A DNA stretch of 64,000 nt, from NCBI GenBank assembly GCA_965235115.1, contig OZ249436.1:12898001-12962000 (forward strand). The letters are read 5' to 3'. The first letter of the stretch is position 1; each line of letters begins with the position of its first letter. Shown here one piece after another: positions 39,688-54,600 of this stretch. Origin of the DNA: Laetmonice hystrix (taxonomy: Eukaryota). The position numbers were made by a program, and so were the translations under genes. The notes beneath the pieces are model-generated. The model was not told the DNA's origin and ran no database searches. It saw nothing but the letters and a program-made list of their open reading frames with translations.

Positions 39688-42600
39688 ATGACGTTGTTCC
39701 CCTTTCTATATCAGATATCCCATCCCCAAGTAGAAACGAATGACAGAGATGTTGCAAGCAAACACCAGGGTGCGGTACTGAAGGGTCCGACTGCACTGCC
39801 ACCTTCCGGCTACCGATGTAATCACCACCTTAGACCTGGCCGGGCTGGCAGGCACGTATGGCGCCTTGGGGAGAGACAGGTTTATGCAATGATAAGCGAA
39901 AAATGGCTTCATTTTTGATACGTCAAATTGAAATTACGCCCCCAAAATTATGATTGTTAGGCCATATGTATAACTGTCACTCTTATAGGTCTCGTACGTT
40001 CGCTATAGATAAATGGTTGTGATATGTCTACTTCCCATTTGAGTATCTTCTCCAAATTTTAACATTAGATGCCCCTCGCCTATACCTTTCATTTCCACTA
40101 CCTCACTGAACTGTTTGCATCGGTAGTAGGCCAGCCGATAGGATGAAGGGACGTCCCAGTGTACTGTTTGGCCTCTCATAGTGCTTGTCCTCACAGTATA
40201 CGGTTTGGCCTCACTGTACTGTTCGGCCTCACTGTACTGTTTGCTTGGGTATTAGGCAAGGTAGTACCACCTTGTAGGGATTCGTCACTGTACTGTTTGG
40301 CCTCCCTGTACTCTTTGGCCTCACTGTACTGTTTGCTTCTATACAACTGTCGCCAGTAATATATGGACGCCTCATGTTTCATGTTTCCATGCCTTTATTG
40401 TCCAAGAGGCAGGCCATCCGTTTCGTCCATCATTTAGGCCTACTCCCATGTAATGTGTGTCCCCTACTGACCACCTGTAAGCGTCCGACAACGTTGTATG
40501 GTAGACCCAGTGGATGTTTGCCGTAAAGACCTAATTATCAAAGGCAAATGACGTTGTTCCCCTTTCTATATCAGATATCCCATCCCAAGTAGAAACAGAT
40601 GGCAGAGATGTTGCAGGCAAACACCAGGGTGCGGTACTGAAGGGTCCGACTGCACTGCCACCTTCCGGCTAACGATGTAATCACCACCTTAGACCTGGCC
40701 GGGCTGGCAGGCACGTATGGCGCTTAAGGGAGAGACAGGTTTATGCAATGATAAGCGAAAAATGGCTTTATTTTTGATACGTCAAATTGAAATTACCCCC
40801 TGCAAAATTATGATTGTTAGGCCAGATGTATAACTGTCACCCGTATAGGTCTCGTACGTTCGCTAGAGATAAATGGTTGTGATATGTCTACTTCCCATTT
40901 GAGTATCTTCTCCAAATTTTAACATTAGATGCGCCTCGCCTATACCTTTCATTTCTACTACCTCACTGAATTGTTTGCATGGGTAGTAGGCCAGCCGATC
41001 AGATGTAGGGACTTCTCAGTGTACTGTTTGGCCTCTCATAGTGCTTGTCCTCACAGTATACGGTTTGGCCTCACTGTACTGTTCGGCCTCACTGTAGTGT
41101 TTGCTTGGGTATTAGGCAAGGCAGTACCTTGTAGGGATTCGTCACTGTACTGTTTGGCCTCCCTGTACTCTTTGGCCTCACTGTACTGTTTGCTTCTACA
41201 ACTGTCGCCAGTAATATAGGGACGCCTCATGTTTCATGTTTCCATGCCTTTATTGTCCAAGAGGCAGGCCATCCGTTTCGTCCATCATTTAGGCCTACTC
41301 CCATGTAATGTGTGTCCCCTACTGACCACCTGTAAGCGTCCGACAACGTTGTATGGTAGACCCAGTGGATGTTTGCCGTAAAGACCTAATTAACAAAGGC
41401 AAATGACGTTGTTCGCCTTTCTATATCAGATATCCCATCCAAGTAGAAACGGATGACAGAGATGTTGCAAGCAAACACCAGGGTGCGGTACTAAAGGGTC
41501 CGACTGCACTGCCACCTTCCGACTACCGATGTAATCACCACCTTAGACCTGGCCGGGCTGGCAGGCACGTATGGCGCTTAGGGGAAAGACAGGTTTATGC
41601 AATGATAAGCGAAAAATGGCTTCATTTTTGATACGTCAAATTGAAATTTGCCCCCAAAATTATGATTGTTAGGCCAGATGTATAACTGTCAACCGTATAG
41701 GTCTCGTACGTTCGCTTTAGATAAATGGTTGTGATATGTCTACTTCCCATTTGAGTATCTTCTCCAAATTTTAACATTAGATGCCCCTCGCCTATACCTT
41801 TCATTTCCACTACCTCACTGAACTGTTTGCATGGGTAGTAGGCCAGCCTATCAGATGTAGGGACTTCTCAGTATACTGTTTGGCCTCTCATAGTGCTTGT
41901 CCTCACAGTATACGGTTTGGCCTCACTGTACTGTTCGGCCTCACTGTAGTGTTTGCTTGGGTACTAGGCAATGCAGTACCTTGTAGGGATTCGTCACTGT
42001 ACTGTTTGGCCTCCCTGTACTCTTGGGCCTCACTGTACTGTTTGCTTCTATACAACTGTCGCCAGTAATATAGGGACGCCTCATGTTGCATGTTTCCATG
42101 CCTTTATTGTCCAAGAGGCAGGCCATCCGTTTCGTCCATCATTTACTCCCATGTAATCTGTGTCCCCTACTGACCACCTGTAAGCGTCCGACAACGTTGT
42201 ATGGTAGACCCAGTGGATGTTTGCCGTAAAGACTTAATTAACAAAGGCAAATGACGTTGTTCGCCTTTCTATATCAGATATCCCATCCCAAGTAGAAACA
42301 GATGGCAGAGATGTTGCAAGCAAACACCATGGTGCGGTACTGAAGGGTCCGACTGCACTGCCACCTTCCGGCTACCGATGTAATCACCACCTTAGACCTG
42401 GCTGGGCTGGCAGGCACGTATGGCGCTTAGGGGAGAGACAGGGTTATGCAATGATAAGCGAAAAATGGCTTCATTTTTGATACGTCAAATTGAAATTACG
42501 GCCCAAAATTATGATTGTTAGGCCAGATGTATAACTGTCAACCGTATAGATCTCGTACGTTCGCTATATGATATGTCTACTTCCCATTTGAGTATCTTCT

Positions 42601-45600
42601 CCAAACTTTAGCATTAGATACCCTCGCCTATACCTTTCTTTTCCACTACCTCACTGAACTGTTTGCATGGGTAGTAGGCCAGCCTATCAGATGTAGGAAC
42701 CTTTCAGTGTACTGTTTGGCCTCTCATAGTGCTTGTCCTCACAGCATACGGTTTGGCCTCACTGTACTGTTCGGCCTCACTGTAGTGTCTGCTGGGGTAT
42801 TAGGCAAGGCAGTACCTTGTAGGGATTCGTCACTGTACTGTTTGGCCTCCCTGTACCCTTGAGCCTCACTGTACTGTTTGCTTCTACAACTGTCGCCAGT
42901 AATATAGGGACGCCTCAGTCATGTTTCATGTTTCCATGCCTTTATTGTCCAAGAGGCAGGCCATCCGTTTCATCCATCATTTACTCCCATGTAATCTGTG
43001 TCCCTACTGACCACCTGTAAGCGTCCGACAACGTTGTATGGTAGACCCAGTGGATGTTTGCCGTAAAGACTTAATTAACAATGACAAATGACGTTGTTCC
43101 CCTTTCTAAATCAGATATCCCATCCCCAAGTAGAAACGAATGACAGAGATGTTGCAAGCAAACACCAGGGTGCGGTACTGAAGGGTCCGACTGCACTGCC
43201 ACCTTCCGGCTACCGATGTAATCACCACCTTAGACCTGGCCGGGCGTGCAGGCACGTATGGCGCCTAGGGGAGAGACAGGTTTATGCAATGATAAGCGAA
43301 AAATGGCTTCATTTTTGATACGTCAAATTGAAATTACGCCCCCAAAATTATGATTGTTAGGCCAGATGTATAACTGTCACTCTTATAGGTCTCGTACGTT
43401 CGCTATAGATAAATGGTTGTGATATGTCTACTTCCAATTTGAGTATCTTCTCCAAATTTTAACATTAGATGCCCCTCGCCTATACCTTTCACTTCCACTA
43501 CCTCACTGAACTGTTTGCATCGGTAGTAGGCCAGCCGATAGGATGTAGGGACGTCCCAGTGTACTGTTTGGCCTCTCATAGTGCTTGTCCTCACAGTATA
43601 CGGTTTGGCCTCACTGTACTGTTCGGCCTCACTGTAGTGTTTGCTTGGGTATTAGGCAAGGTAGTACCACCTTGTAGGGATTCGTCACTGTACTGTTTGG
43701 CCTCCCTGTACTCTTTGGCCTCACTGTACTGTTTGCTTCTATACAACTGTCGCCAGTAATATATGGACGCCTCATGTTTCATGTTTCCATGCCTTTATTG
43801 TCCAAGAGGCAGGCCATCCGTTTCGTCCATCATTTAGGCCTACTCCCATGTAATGTGTGTCCCCTACTGACCACCTGTAAGCGTCCGACAACGTTGTATG
43901 GTAGACCCAGTGGATGTTTGCCGTAAAGACCTAATTATCAAAGGCAAATGACGTTGTTCCCCTTTCTATATCAGATATCCCATCCCAAGTAGAAACAGAT
44001 GGCAGAGATGTTGCAGGCAAACACCAGGGTGCGGTACTGAAGGGTCCGACTGCACTGCCACCTTCCGGCTAACGATGTAATCACCACCTTAGACCTGGCC
44101 GGGCTGGCAGGCACGTATGGCGCTTAAGGGAGAGACAGGTTTATGCAATGATAAGCGAAAAATGGCTTTATTTTTGATACGTCAAATTGAAATTACCCCC
44201 TGCAAAAATTATGATTGTTAGGCCAGATGTATAACTGTCACCCGTATAGGTCTCGTACGTTCGCTAGAGATAAATGGTTGTGATATGTCTACTTCCCATT
44301 TGAGTATCTTCTCCAAATTTTAACATTAGATGCGCCTCGCCTATACCTTTCATTTCTACTACCTCACTGAATTGTTTGCATGGGTAGTAGGCCAGCCGAT
44401 CAGATGTAGGGACTTCTCAGTGTACTGTTTGGCCTCTCATAGTGCTTGTCCTCACAGTATATGGTTTGGCCTCACTGTACTGTTCGGCCTCACTGTAGTG
44501 TTTGCTTGGGTATTAGGCAAGGCAGTACCTTGTAGGGATTCGTCACTGTACTGTTTGGCCTCCCTGTACTCTTTGGCCTCACTGTACTGTTTGCTTCTAC
44601 AACTGTCGCCAGTAATATAGGGACGCCTCATGTTTCATGTTTCCATGCCTTTATTGTCCAAGAGGCAGGCCATCCGTTTCGTCCATCATTTAGGCCTACT
44701 CCCATGTAATGTGTGTCCCCTACTGACCACCTGTAAGCGTCCGACAACGTTGTATGGTAGACCCAGTGGATGTTTGCCGTAAAGACCTAATTAACAAAGG
44801 CAAATGACGTTGTTCGCCTTTCTATATCAGATATCCCATCCCAAGTAGAAACGGATGACAGAGATGTTGCAAGCAAACACCAGGGTGCGGTACTAAAGGG
44901 TCCGACTGCACTGCCACCTTCCGACTACCGATGTAATCACCACCTTAGACCTGGCCGGGCTGGCAGGCACGTATGGCGCTTAGGGGAAAGACAGGTTTAT
45001 GCAATGATAAGCGAAAAATGGCTTCATTTTTGATACGTCAAATTGAAATTTGCCCCCAAAATTATGATTGTTAGGCCAGATGTATAACTGTCAACCGTAT
45101 AGGTCTCGTACGTTCGCTTTAGATAAATGGTTGTGATATGTCTACTTCCCATTTGAGTATCTTCTCCAAATTTTAACATTAGATGCCCCTCGCCTATACC
45201 TTTCATTTCCACTACCTCACTGAACTGTTTGCATGGGTAGTAGGCCAGCCTATCAGATGTAGGGACTTCTCAGTATACTGTTTGGCCTCTCATAGTGCTT
45301 GTCCTCACAGTATACGGTTTGGCCTCACTGTACTGTTCGGCCTCACTGTAGTGTTTGCTTGGGTACTAGGCAATGCAGTACCTTGTAGGGATTCGTCACT
45401 GTACTGTTTGGCCTCCCTGTACTCTTGGGCCTCACTGTACTGTTTGCTTCTATACAACTGTCGCCAGTAATATAGGGACGCCTCATGTTGCATGTTTCCA
45501 TGCCTTTATTGTCCAAGAGGCAGGCCATCCGTTTCGTCCATCATTTACTCCCATGTAATCTGTGTCCCCTACTGACCACCTGTAAGCGTCCGACAACGTT

Positions 45601-48600
45601 GTATGGTAGACCCAGTGGATGTTTGCCGTAAAGACTTAATTAACAAAGGCAAATGACGTTGTTCGCCTTTCTATATCAGATATCCCATCCCAAGTAGAAA
45701 CAGATGGCAGAGATGTTGCAAGCAAACACCATGGTGCGGTACTGAAGGGTCCGACTGCACTGCCACCTTCCGGCTACCGATGTAATCACCACCTTAGACC
45801 TGGCTGGGCTGGCAGGCACGTATGGCGCTTAGGGGAGAGACAGGTTTATGCAATGATAAGCGAAAAATGGCTTCATTTTTGATACGTCAAATTGAAATTA
45901 CGGCCCAAAATTATGATTGTTAGGCCAGATGTATAACTGTCAACCGTATAGATCTCGTACGTTCGCTATATGATATGTCTACTTCCCATTTGAGTATCTT
46001 CTCCAAATTTTAGCATTAGATACCCTCGCCTATACCTTTCTTTTCCACTACCTCACTGAACTGTTTGCATGGGTAGTAGGCCAGCCTATCAGATGTAGGA
46101 ACCTCTCAGTGTACTGTTTGGCCTCTCATAGTGCTTGTCCTCACAGCATACGGTTTGGCCTCACTGTACTGTTCGGCCTCACTGTAGTGTCTGCTGGGGT
46201 ATTAGGCAAGGCAGTACCTTGTAGGGATTCGTCACTGTACTGTTTGGCCTCCCTGTACCCTTAAGCCTCACTGTACTGTTTGCTTCTACAACTGTCGCCA
46301 GTAATATAGGGACGCCTCAGTCATGTTTCATGTTTCCATGCCTTTATTGTCCAAGAGGCAGGCCATCCGTTTCGTCCATCATTTACTCCCATGTAATCTG
46401 TGTCCCCTACTGACCACCTGTAAGCGTCCGACAACGTTGTATGATAGACCCAGTGGATGTTTGCCGTAAAGACTTAATTAACAATGACAAATGACGTTGT
46501 TCCCCTTTCTATATCAGATATCCCATCCCCAAGTAGAAACGAATGACAGAGATGTTGCAAGCAAACACCAGGGTGCGGTACTGAAGGGTCCGACTGCACT
46601 GCCACCTTCCGGCTACCGATGTAATCACCACCTTAGACCTGGCCGGGCTGGCAGGCACGTATGGCGCCTTGGGGAGAGACAGGTTTATGCAATGATAAGC
46701 GAAAAATGGCTTCATTTTTGATACGTCAAATTGAAATTACGCCCCCAAAATTATGATTGTTAGGCCAGATGTATAACTGTCACTCTTATAGGTCTCGTAC
46801 GTTCGCTATAGATAAATGGTTGTGATATGTCTACTTCCAATTTGAGTATCTTCTCCAAATTTTAACATTAGATGCCCCTCGCCTATACCTTTCACTTCCA
46901 CTACCTCACTGAACTGTTTGCATCGGTAGTAGGCCAGCCGATAGGATGTAGGGACGTCCCAGTGTACTGTTTGGCCTCTCATAGTGCTTGTCCTCACAGT
47001 ATACGGTTTGGCCTCACTGTACTGTTCGGCCTCACTGTAGTGTTTGCTTGGGTATTAGGCAAGGTAGTACCACCTTGTAGGGATTCGTCACTGTACTGTT
47101 TGGCCTCCCTGTACTCTTTGGCCTCACTGTACTGTTTGCTTCTATACAACTGTCGCCAGTAATATATGGACGCCTCATGTTTCATGTTTCCATGCCTTTA
47201 TTGTCCAAGAGGCAGGCCATCCGTTTCGTCCATCATTTAGGCCTACTCCCATGTAATGTGTGTCCCCTACTGACCACCTGTAAGCGTCCGACAACGTTGT
47301 ATGGTAGACCCAGTGGATGTTTGCCGTAAAGACCTAATTATCAAAGGCAAATGACGTTGTTCCCCTTTCTATATCAGATATCCCATCCCAAGTAGAAACA
47401 GATGGCAGAGATGTTGCAGGCAAACACCAGGGTGCGGTACTGAAGGGTCCGACTGCACTGCCACCTTCCGGCTAACGATGTAATCACCACCTTAGACCTG
47501 GCCGGGCTGGCAGGCACGTATGGCGCTTAAGGGAGAGACAGGTTTATGCAATGATAAGCGAAAAATGGCTTTATTTTTGATACGTCAAATTGAAATTACC
47601 CCCTGCAAAAATTATGATTGTTAGGCCAGATGTATAACTGTCACCCGTATAGGTCTCGTACGTTCGCTAGAGATAAATGGTTGTGATATGTCTACTTCCC
47701 ATTTGAGTATCTTCTCCAAATTTTAACATTAGATGCGCCTCGCCTATACCTTTCATTTCTACTACCTCACTGAATTGTTTGCATGGGTAGTAGGCCAGCC
47801 GATCAGATGTAGGGACTTCTCAGTGTACTGTTTGGCCTCTCATAGTGCTTGTCCTCACAGTATACGGTTTGGCCTCACTGTACTGTTCGGCCTCACTGTA
47901 GTGTTTGCTTGGGTATTAGGCAAGGCAGTACCTTGTAGGGATTCGTCACTGTACTGTTTGGCCTCCCTGTACTCTTTGGCCTCACTGTACTGTTTGCTTC
48001 TACAACTGTCGCCAGTAATATAGGGACGCCTCATGTTTCATGTTTCCATGCCTTTATTGTCCAAGAGGCAGGCCATCCGTTTCGTCCATCATTTAGGCCT
48101 ACTCCCATGTAATGTGTGTCCCCTACTGACCACCTGTAAGCGTCCGACAACGTTGTATGGTAGACCCAGTGGATGTTTGCCGTAAAGACCTAATTAACAA
48201 AGGCAAATGACGTTGTTCGCCTTTCTATATCAGATATCCCATCCCAAGTAGAAACGGATGACAGAGATGTTGCAAGCAAACACCAGGGTGCGGTACTAAA
48301 GGGTCCGACTGCACTGCCACCTTCCGACTACCGATGTAATCACCACCTTAGACCTGGCCGGGCTGGCAGGCACGTATGGCGCTTAGGGGAAAGACAGGTT
48401 TATGCAATGATAAGCGAAAAATGGCTTCATTTTTGATACGTCAAATTGAAATTTGCCCCCAAAATTATGATTGTTAGGCCAGATGTATAACTGTCAACCG
48501 TATAGGTCTCGTACGTTCGCTTTAGATAAATGGTTGTGATATGTCTACTTCCCATTTGAGTATCTTCTCCAAATTTTAACATTAGATGCCCCTCGCCTAT

Positions 48601-51600
48601 ACCTTTCATTTCCACTACCTCACTGAACTGTTTGCATGGGTAGTAGGCCAGCCTATCAGATGTAGGGACTTCTCAGTATACTGTTTGGCCTCTCATAGTG
48701 CTTGTCCTCACAGTATACGGTTTGGCCTCACTGTACTGTTCGGCCTCACTGTAGTGTTTGCTTGGGTACTAGGCAATGCAGTACCTTGTAGGGATTCGTC
48801 ACTGTACTGTTTGGCCTCCCTGTACTCTTGGGCCTCACTGTACTGTTTGCTTCTATACAACTGTCGCCAGTAATATAGGGACGCCTCATGTTGCATGTTT
48901 CCATGCCTTTATTGTCCAAGAGGCAGGCCATCCGTTTCGTCCATCATTTACTCCCATGTAATCTGTGTCCCCTACTGACCACCTGTAAGCGTCCGACAAC
49001 GTTGTATGGTAGACCCAGTGGATGTTTGCCGTAAAGACTTAATTAACAAAGGCAAATGACGTTGTTCGCCTTTCTATATCAGATATCCCATCCCAAGTAG
49101 AAACAGATGGCAGAGATGTTGCAAGCAAACACCATGGTGCGGTACTGAAGGGTCCGACTGCACTGCCACCTTCCGGCTACCGATGTAATCACCACCTTAG
49201 ACCTGGCTGGGCTGGCAGGCACGTATGGCGCTTAGGGGAGAGACAGGGTTATGCAATGATAAGCGAAAAATGGCTTCATTTTTGATACGTCAAATTGAAA
49301 TTACGGCCCAATATTATGATTGTTAGGCCAGATGTATAACTGTCAACCGTATAGATCTCGTACGTTCGCTATATGATATGTCTACTTCCCATTTGAGTAT
49401 CTTCTCCAAATTTTAGCATTAGATACCCTCGCCTATACCTTTCTTTTCCACTACCTCACTGAACTGTTTGCATGGGTAGTAGGCCAGCCTATCAGATGTA
49501 GGAACCTCTCAGTGTACTGTTTGGCCTCTCATAGTGCTTGTCCTCACAGCATACGGTTTGGCCTCACTGTACTGTTCGGCCTCACTGTAGTGTCTGCTGG
49601 GGTATTAGGCAAGGCAGTACCTTGTAGGGACTTGTCACTGTACTGTTTGGCCTCCCTGTACCCTTGAGCCTCACTGTACTGTTTGCTTCTACAACTGTCG
49701 CCAGTAATATAGGGACGCCTCAGTCATGTTTCATGTTTCCATGCCTTTATTGTCCAAGAGGCAGGCCATCCGTTTCATCCATCATTTACTCCCATGTAAT
49801 CTGTGTCCCTACTGACCACCTGTAAGCGTCCGACAACGTTGTATGGTAGACCCAGTGGATGTTTGCCGTAAAGACTTAATTAACAATGACAAATGACGTT
49901 GTTCCCCTTTCTAAATCAGATATCCCATCCCCAAGTAGAAACGAATGACAGAGATGTTGCAAGCAAACACCAGGGTGCGGTACTGAAGGGTCCGACTGCA
50001 CTGCCACCTTCCGGCTACCGATGTAATCACCACCTTAGACCTGGCCGGGCGTGCAGGCACGTATGGCGCCTAGGGGAGAGACAGGTTTATGCAATGATAA
50101 GCGAAAAATGGCTTCATTTTTGATACGTCAAATTGAAATTACGCCCCCAAAATTATGATTGTTAGGCCAGATGTATAACTGTCACTCTTATAGGTCTCGT
50201 ACGTTCGCTATAGATAAATGGTTGTGATATGTCTACTTCCAATTTGAGTATCTTCTCCAAATTTTAACATTAGATGCCCCTCGCCTATACCTTTCACTTC
50301 CACTACCTCACTGAACTGTTTGCATCGGTAGTAGGCCAGCCGATAGGATGTAGGGACGTCCCAGTGTACTGTTTGGCCTCTCATAGTGCTTGTCCTCACA
50401 GTATACGGTTTGGCCTCACTGTACTGTTCGGCCTCACTGTAGTGTTTGCTTGGGTATTAGGCAAGGTAGTACCACCTTGTAGGGATTCGTCACTGTACTG
50501 TTTGGCCTCCCTGTACTCTTTGGCCTCACTGTACTGTTTGCTTCTATACAACTGTCGCCAGTAATATATGGACGCCTCATGTTTCATGTTTCCATGCCTT
50601 TATTGTCCAAGAGGCAGGCCATCCGTTTCGTCCATCATTTAGGCCTACTCCCATGTAATGTGTGTCCCCTACTGACCACCTGTAAGCGTCCGACAACGTT
50701 GTATGGTAGACCCAGTGGATGTTTGCCGTAAAGACCTAATTATCAAAGGCAAATGACGTTGTTCCCCTTTCTATATCAGATATCCCATCCCAAGTAGAAA
50801 CAGATGGCAGAGATGTTGCAGGCAAACACCAGGGTGCGGTACTGAAGGGTCCGACTGCACTGCCACCTTCCGGCTAACGATGTAATCACCACCTTAGACC
50901 TGGCCGGGCTGGCAGGCACGTATGGCGCTTAAGGGAGAGACAGGTTTATGCAATGATAAGCGAAAAATGGCTTTATTTTTGATACGTCAAATTGAAATTA
51001 CCCCCTGCAAAAATTATGATTGTTAGGCCAGATGTATAACTGTCACCCGTATAGGTCTCGTACGTTCGCTAGAGATAAATGGTTGTGATATGTCTACTTC
51101 CCATTTGAGTATCTTCTCCAAATTTTAACATTAGATGCGCCTCGCCTATACCTTTCATTTCTACTACCTCACTGAATTGTTTGCATGGGTAGTAGGCCAG
51201 CCGATCAGATGTAGGGACTTCTCAGTGTACTGTTTGGCCTCTCATAGTGCTTGTCCTCACAGTATATGGTTTGGCCTCACTGTACTGTTCGGCCTCACTG
51301 TAGTGTTTGCTTGGGTATTAGGCAAGGCAGTACCTTGTAGGGATTCGTCACTGTACTGTTTGGCCTCCCTGTACTCTTTGGCCTCACTGTACTGTTTGCT
51401 TCTACAACTGTCGCCAGTAATATAGGGACGCCTCATGTTTCATGTTTCCATGCCTTTATTGTCCAAGAGGCAGGCCATCCGTTTCGTCCATCATTTAGGC
51501 CTACTCCCATGTAATGTGTGTCCCCTACTGACCACCTGTAAGCGTCCGACAACGTTGTATGGTAGACCCAGTGGATGTTTGCCGTAAAGACCTAATTAAC

Positions 51601-54600
51601 AAAGGCAAATGACGTTGTTCGCCTTTCTATATCAGATATCCCATCCCAAGTAGAAACGGATGACAGAGATGTTGCAAGCAAACACCAGGGTGCGGTACTA
51701 AAGGGTCCGACTGCACTGCCACCTTCCGACTACCGATGTAATCACCACCTTAGACCTGGCCGGGCTGGCAGGCACGTATGGCGCTTAGGGGAAAGACAGG
51801 TTTATGCAATGATAAGCGAAAAATGGCTTCATTTTTGATACGTCAAATTGAAATTTGCCCCCAAAATTATGATTGTTAGGCCAGATGTATAACTGTCAAC
51901 CGTATAGGTCTCGTACGTTCGCTTTAGATAAATGGTTGTGATATGTCTACTTCCCATTTGAGTATCTTCTCCAAATTTTAACATTAGATGCCCCTCGCCT
52001 ATACCTTTCATTTCCACTACCTCACTGAACTGTTTGCATGGGTAGTAGGCCAGCCTATCAGATGTAGGGACTTCTCAGTATACTGTTTGGCCTCTCATAG
52101 TGCTTGTCCTCACAGTATACGGTTTGGCCTCACTGTACTGTTCGGCCTCACTGTAGTGTTTGCTTGGGTACTAGGCAATGCAGTACCTTGTAGGGATTCG
52201 TCACTGTACTGTTTGGCCTCCCTGTACTCTTGGGCCTCACTGTACTGTTTGCTTCTATACAACTGTCGCCAGTAATATAGGGACGCCTCATGTTGCATGT
52301 TTCCATGCCTTTATTGTCCAAGAGGCAGGCCATCCGTTTCGTCCATCATTTACTCCCATGTAATCTGTGTCCCCTACTGACCACCTGTAAGCGTCCGACA
52401 ACGTTGTATGGTAGACCCAGTGGATGTTTGCCGTAAAGACTTAATTAACAAAGGCAAATGACGTTGTTCGCCTTTCTATATCAGATATCCCATCCCAAGT
52501 AGAAACAGATGGCAGAGATGTTGCAAGCAAACACCATGGTGCGGTACTGAAGGGTCCGACTGCACTGCCACCTTCCGGCTACCGATGTAATCACCACCTT
52601 AGACCTGGCTGGGCTGGCAGGCACGTATGGCGCTTAGGGGAGAGACAGGTTTATGCAATGATAAGCGAAAAATGGCTTCATTTTTGATACGTCAAATTGA
52701 AATTACGGCCCAAAATTATGATTGTTAGGCCAGATGTATAACTGTCAACCGTATAGATCTCGTACGTTCGCTATATGATATGTCTACTTCCCATTTGAGT
52801 ATCTTCTCCAAATTTTAGCATTAGATACCCTCGCCTATACCTTTCTTTTCCACTACCTCACTGAACTGTTTGCATGGGTAGTAGGCCAGCCTATCAGATG
52901 TAGGAACCTCTCAGTGTACTGTTTGGCCTCTCATAGTGCTTGTCCTCACAGCATACGGTTTGGCCTCACTGTACTGTTCGGCCTCACTGTAGTGTCTGCT
53001 GGGGTATTAGGCAAGGCAGTACCTTGTAGGGATTCGTCACTGTACTGTTTGGCCTCCCTGTACCCTTAAGCCTCACTGTACTGTTTGCTTCTACAACTGT
53101 CGCCAGTAATATAGGGACGCCTCAGTCATGTTTCATGTTTCCATGCCTTTATTGTCCAAGAGGCAGGCCATCCGTTTCGTCCATCATTTACTCCCATGTA
53201 ATCTGTGTCCCCTACTGACCACCTGTAAGCGTCCGACAACGTTGTATGATAGACCCAGTGGATGTTTGCCGTAAAGACTTAATTAACAATGACAAATGAC
53301 GTTGTTCCCCTTTCTATATCAGATATCCCATCCCCAAGTAGAAACGAATGACAGAGATGTTGCAAGCAAACACCAGGGTGCGGTACTGAAGGGTCCGACT
53401 GCACTGCCACCTTCCGGCTACCGATGTAATCACCACCTTAGACCTGGCCGGGCTGGCAGGCACGTATGGCGCCTTGGGGAGAGACAGGTTTATGCAATGA
53501 TAAGCGAAAAATGGCTTCATTTTTGATACGTCAAATTGAAATTACGCCCCCAAAATTATGATTGTTAGGCCAGATGTATAACTGTCACTCTTATAGGTCT
53601 CGTACGTTCGCTATAGATAAATGGTTGTGATATGTCTACTTCCAATTTGAGTATCTTCTCCAAATTTTAACATTAGATGCCCCTCGCCTATACCTTTCAC
53701 TTCCACTACCTCACTGAACTGTTTGCATCGGTAGTAGGCCAGCCGATAGGATGTAGGGACGTCCCAGTGTACTGTTTGGCCTCTCATAGTGCTTGTCCTC
53801 ACAGTATACGGTTTGGCCTCACTGTACTGTTCGGCCTCACTGTAGTGTTTGCTTGGGTATTAGGCAAGGTAGTACCACCTTGTAGGGATTCGTCACTGTA
53901 CTGTTTGGCCTCCCTGTACTCTTTGGCCTCACTGTACTGTTTGCTTCTATACAACTGTCGCCAGTAATATATGGACGCCTCATGTTTCATGTTTCCATGC
54001 CTTTATTGTCCAAGAGGCAGGCCATCCGTTTCGTCCATCATTTAGGCCTACTCCCATGTAATGTGTGTCCCCTACTGACCACCTGTAAGCGTCCGACAAC
54101 GTTGTATGGTAGACCCAGTGGATGTTTGCCGTAAAGACCTAATTATCAAAGGCAAATGACGTTGTTCCCCTTTCTATATCAGATATCCCATCCCAAGTAG
54201 AAACAGATGGCAGAGATGTTGCAGGCAAACACCAGGGTGCGGTACTGAAGGGTCCGACTGCACTGCCACCTTCCGGCTAACGATGTAATCACCACCTTAG
54301 ACCTGGCCGGGCTGGCAGGCACGTATGGCGCTTAAGGGAGAGACAGGTTTATGCAATGATAAGCGAAAAATGGCTTTATTTTTGATACGTCAAATTGAAA
54401 TTACCCCCTGCAAAAATTATGATTGTTAGGCCAGATGTATAACTGTCACCCGTATAGGTCTCGTACGTTCGCTAGAGATAAATGGTTGTGATATGTCTAC
54501 TTCCCATTTGAGTATCTTCTCCAAATTTTAACATTAGATGCGCCTCGCCTATACCTTTCATTTCTACTACCTCACTGAATTGTTTGCATGGGTAGTAGGC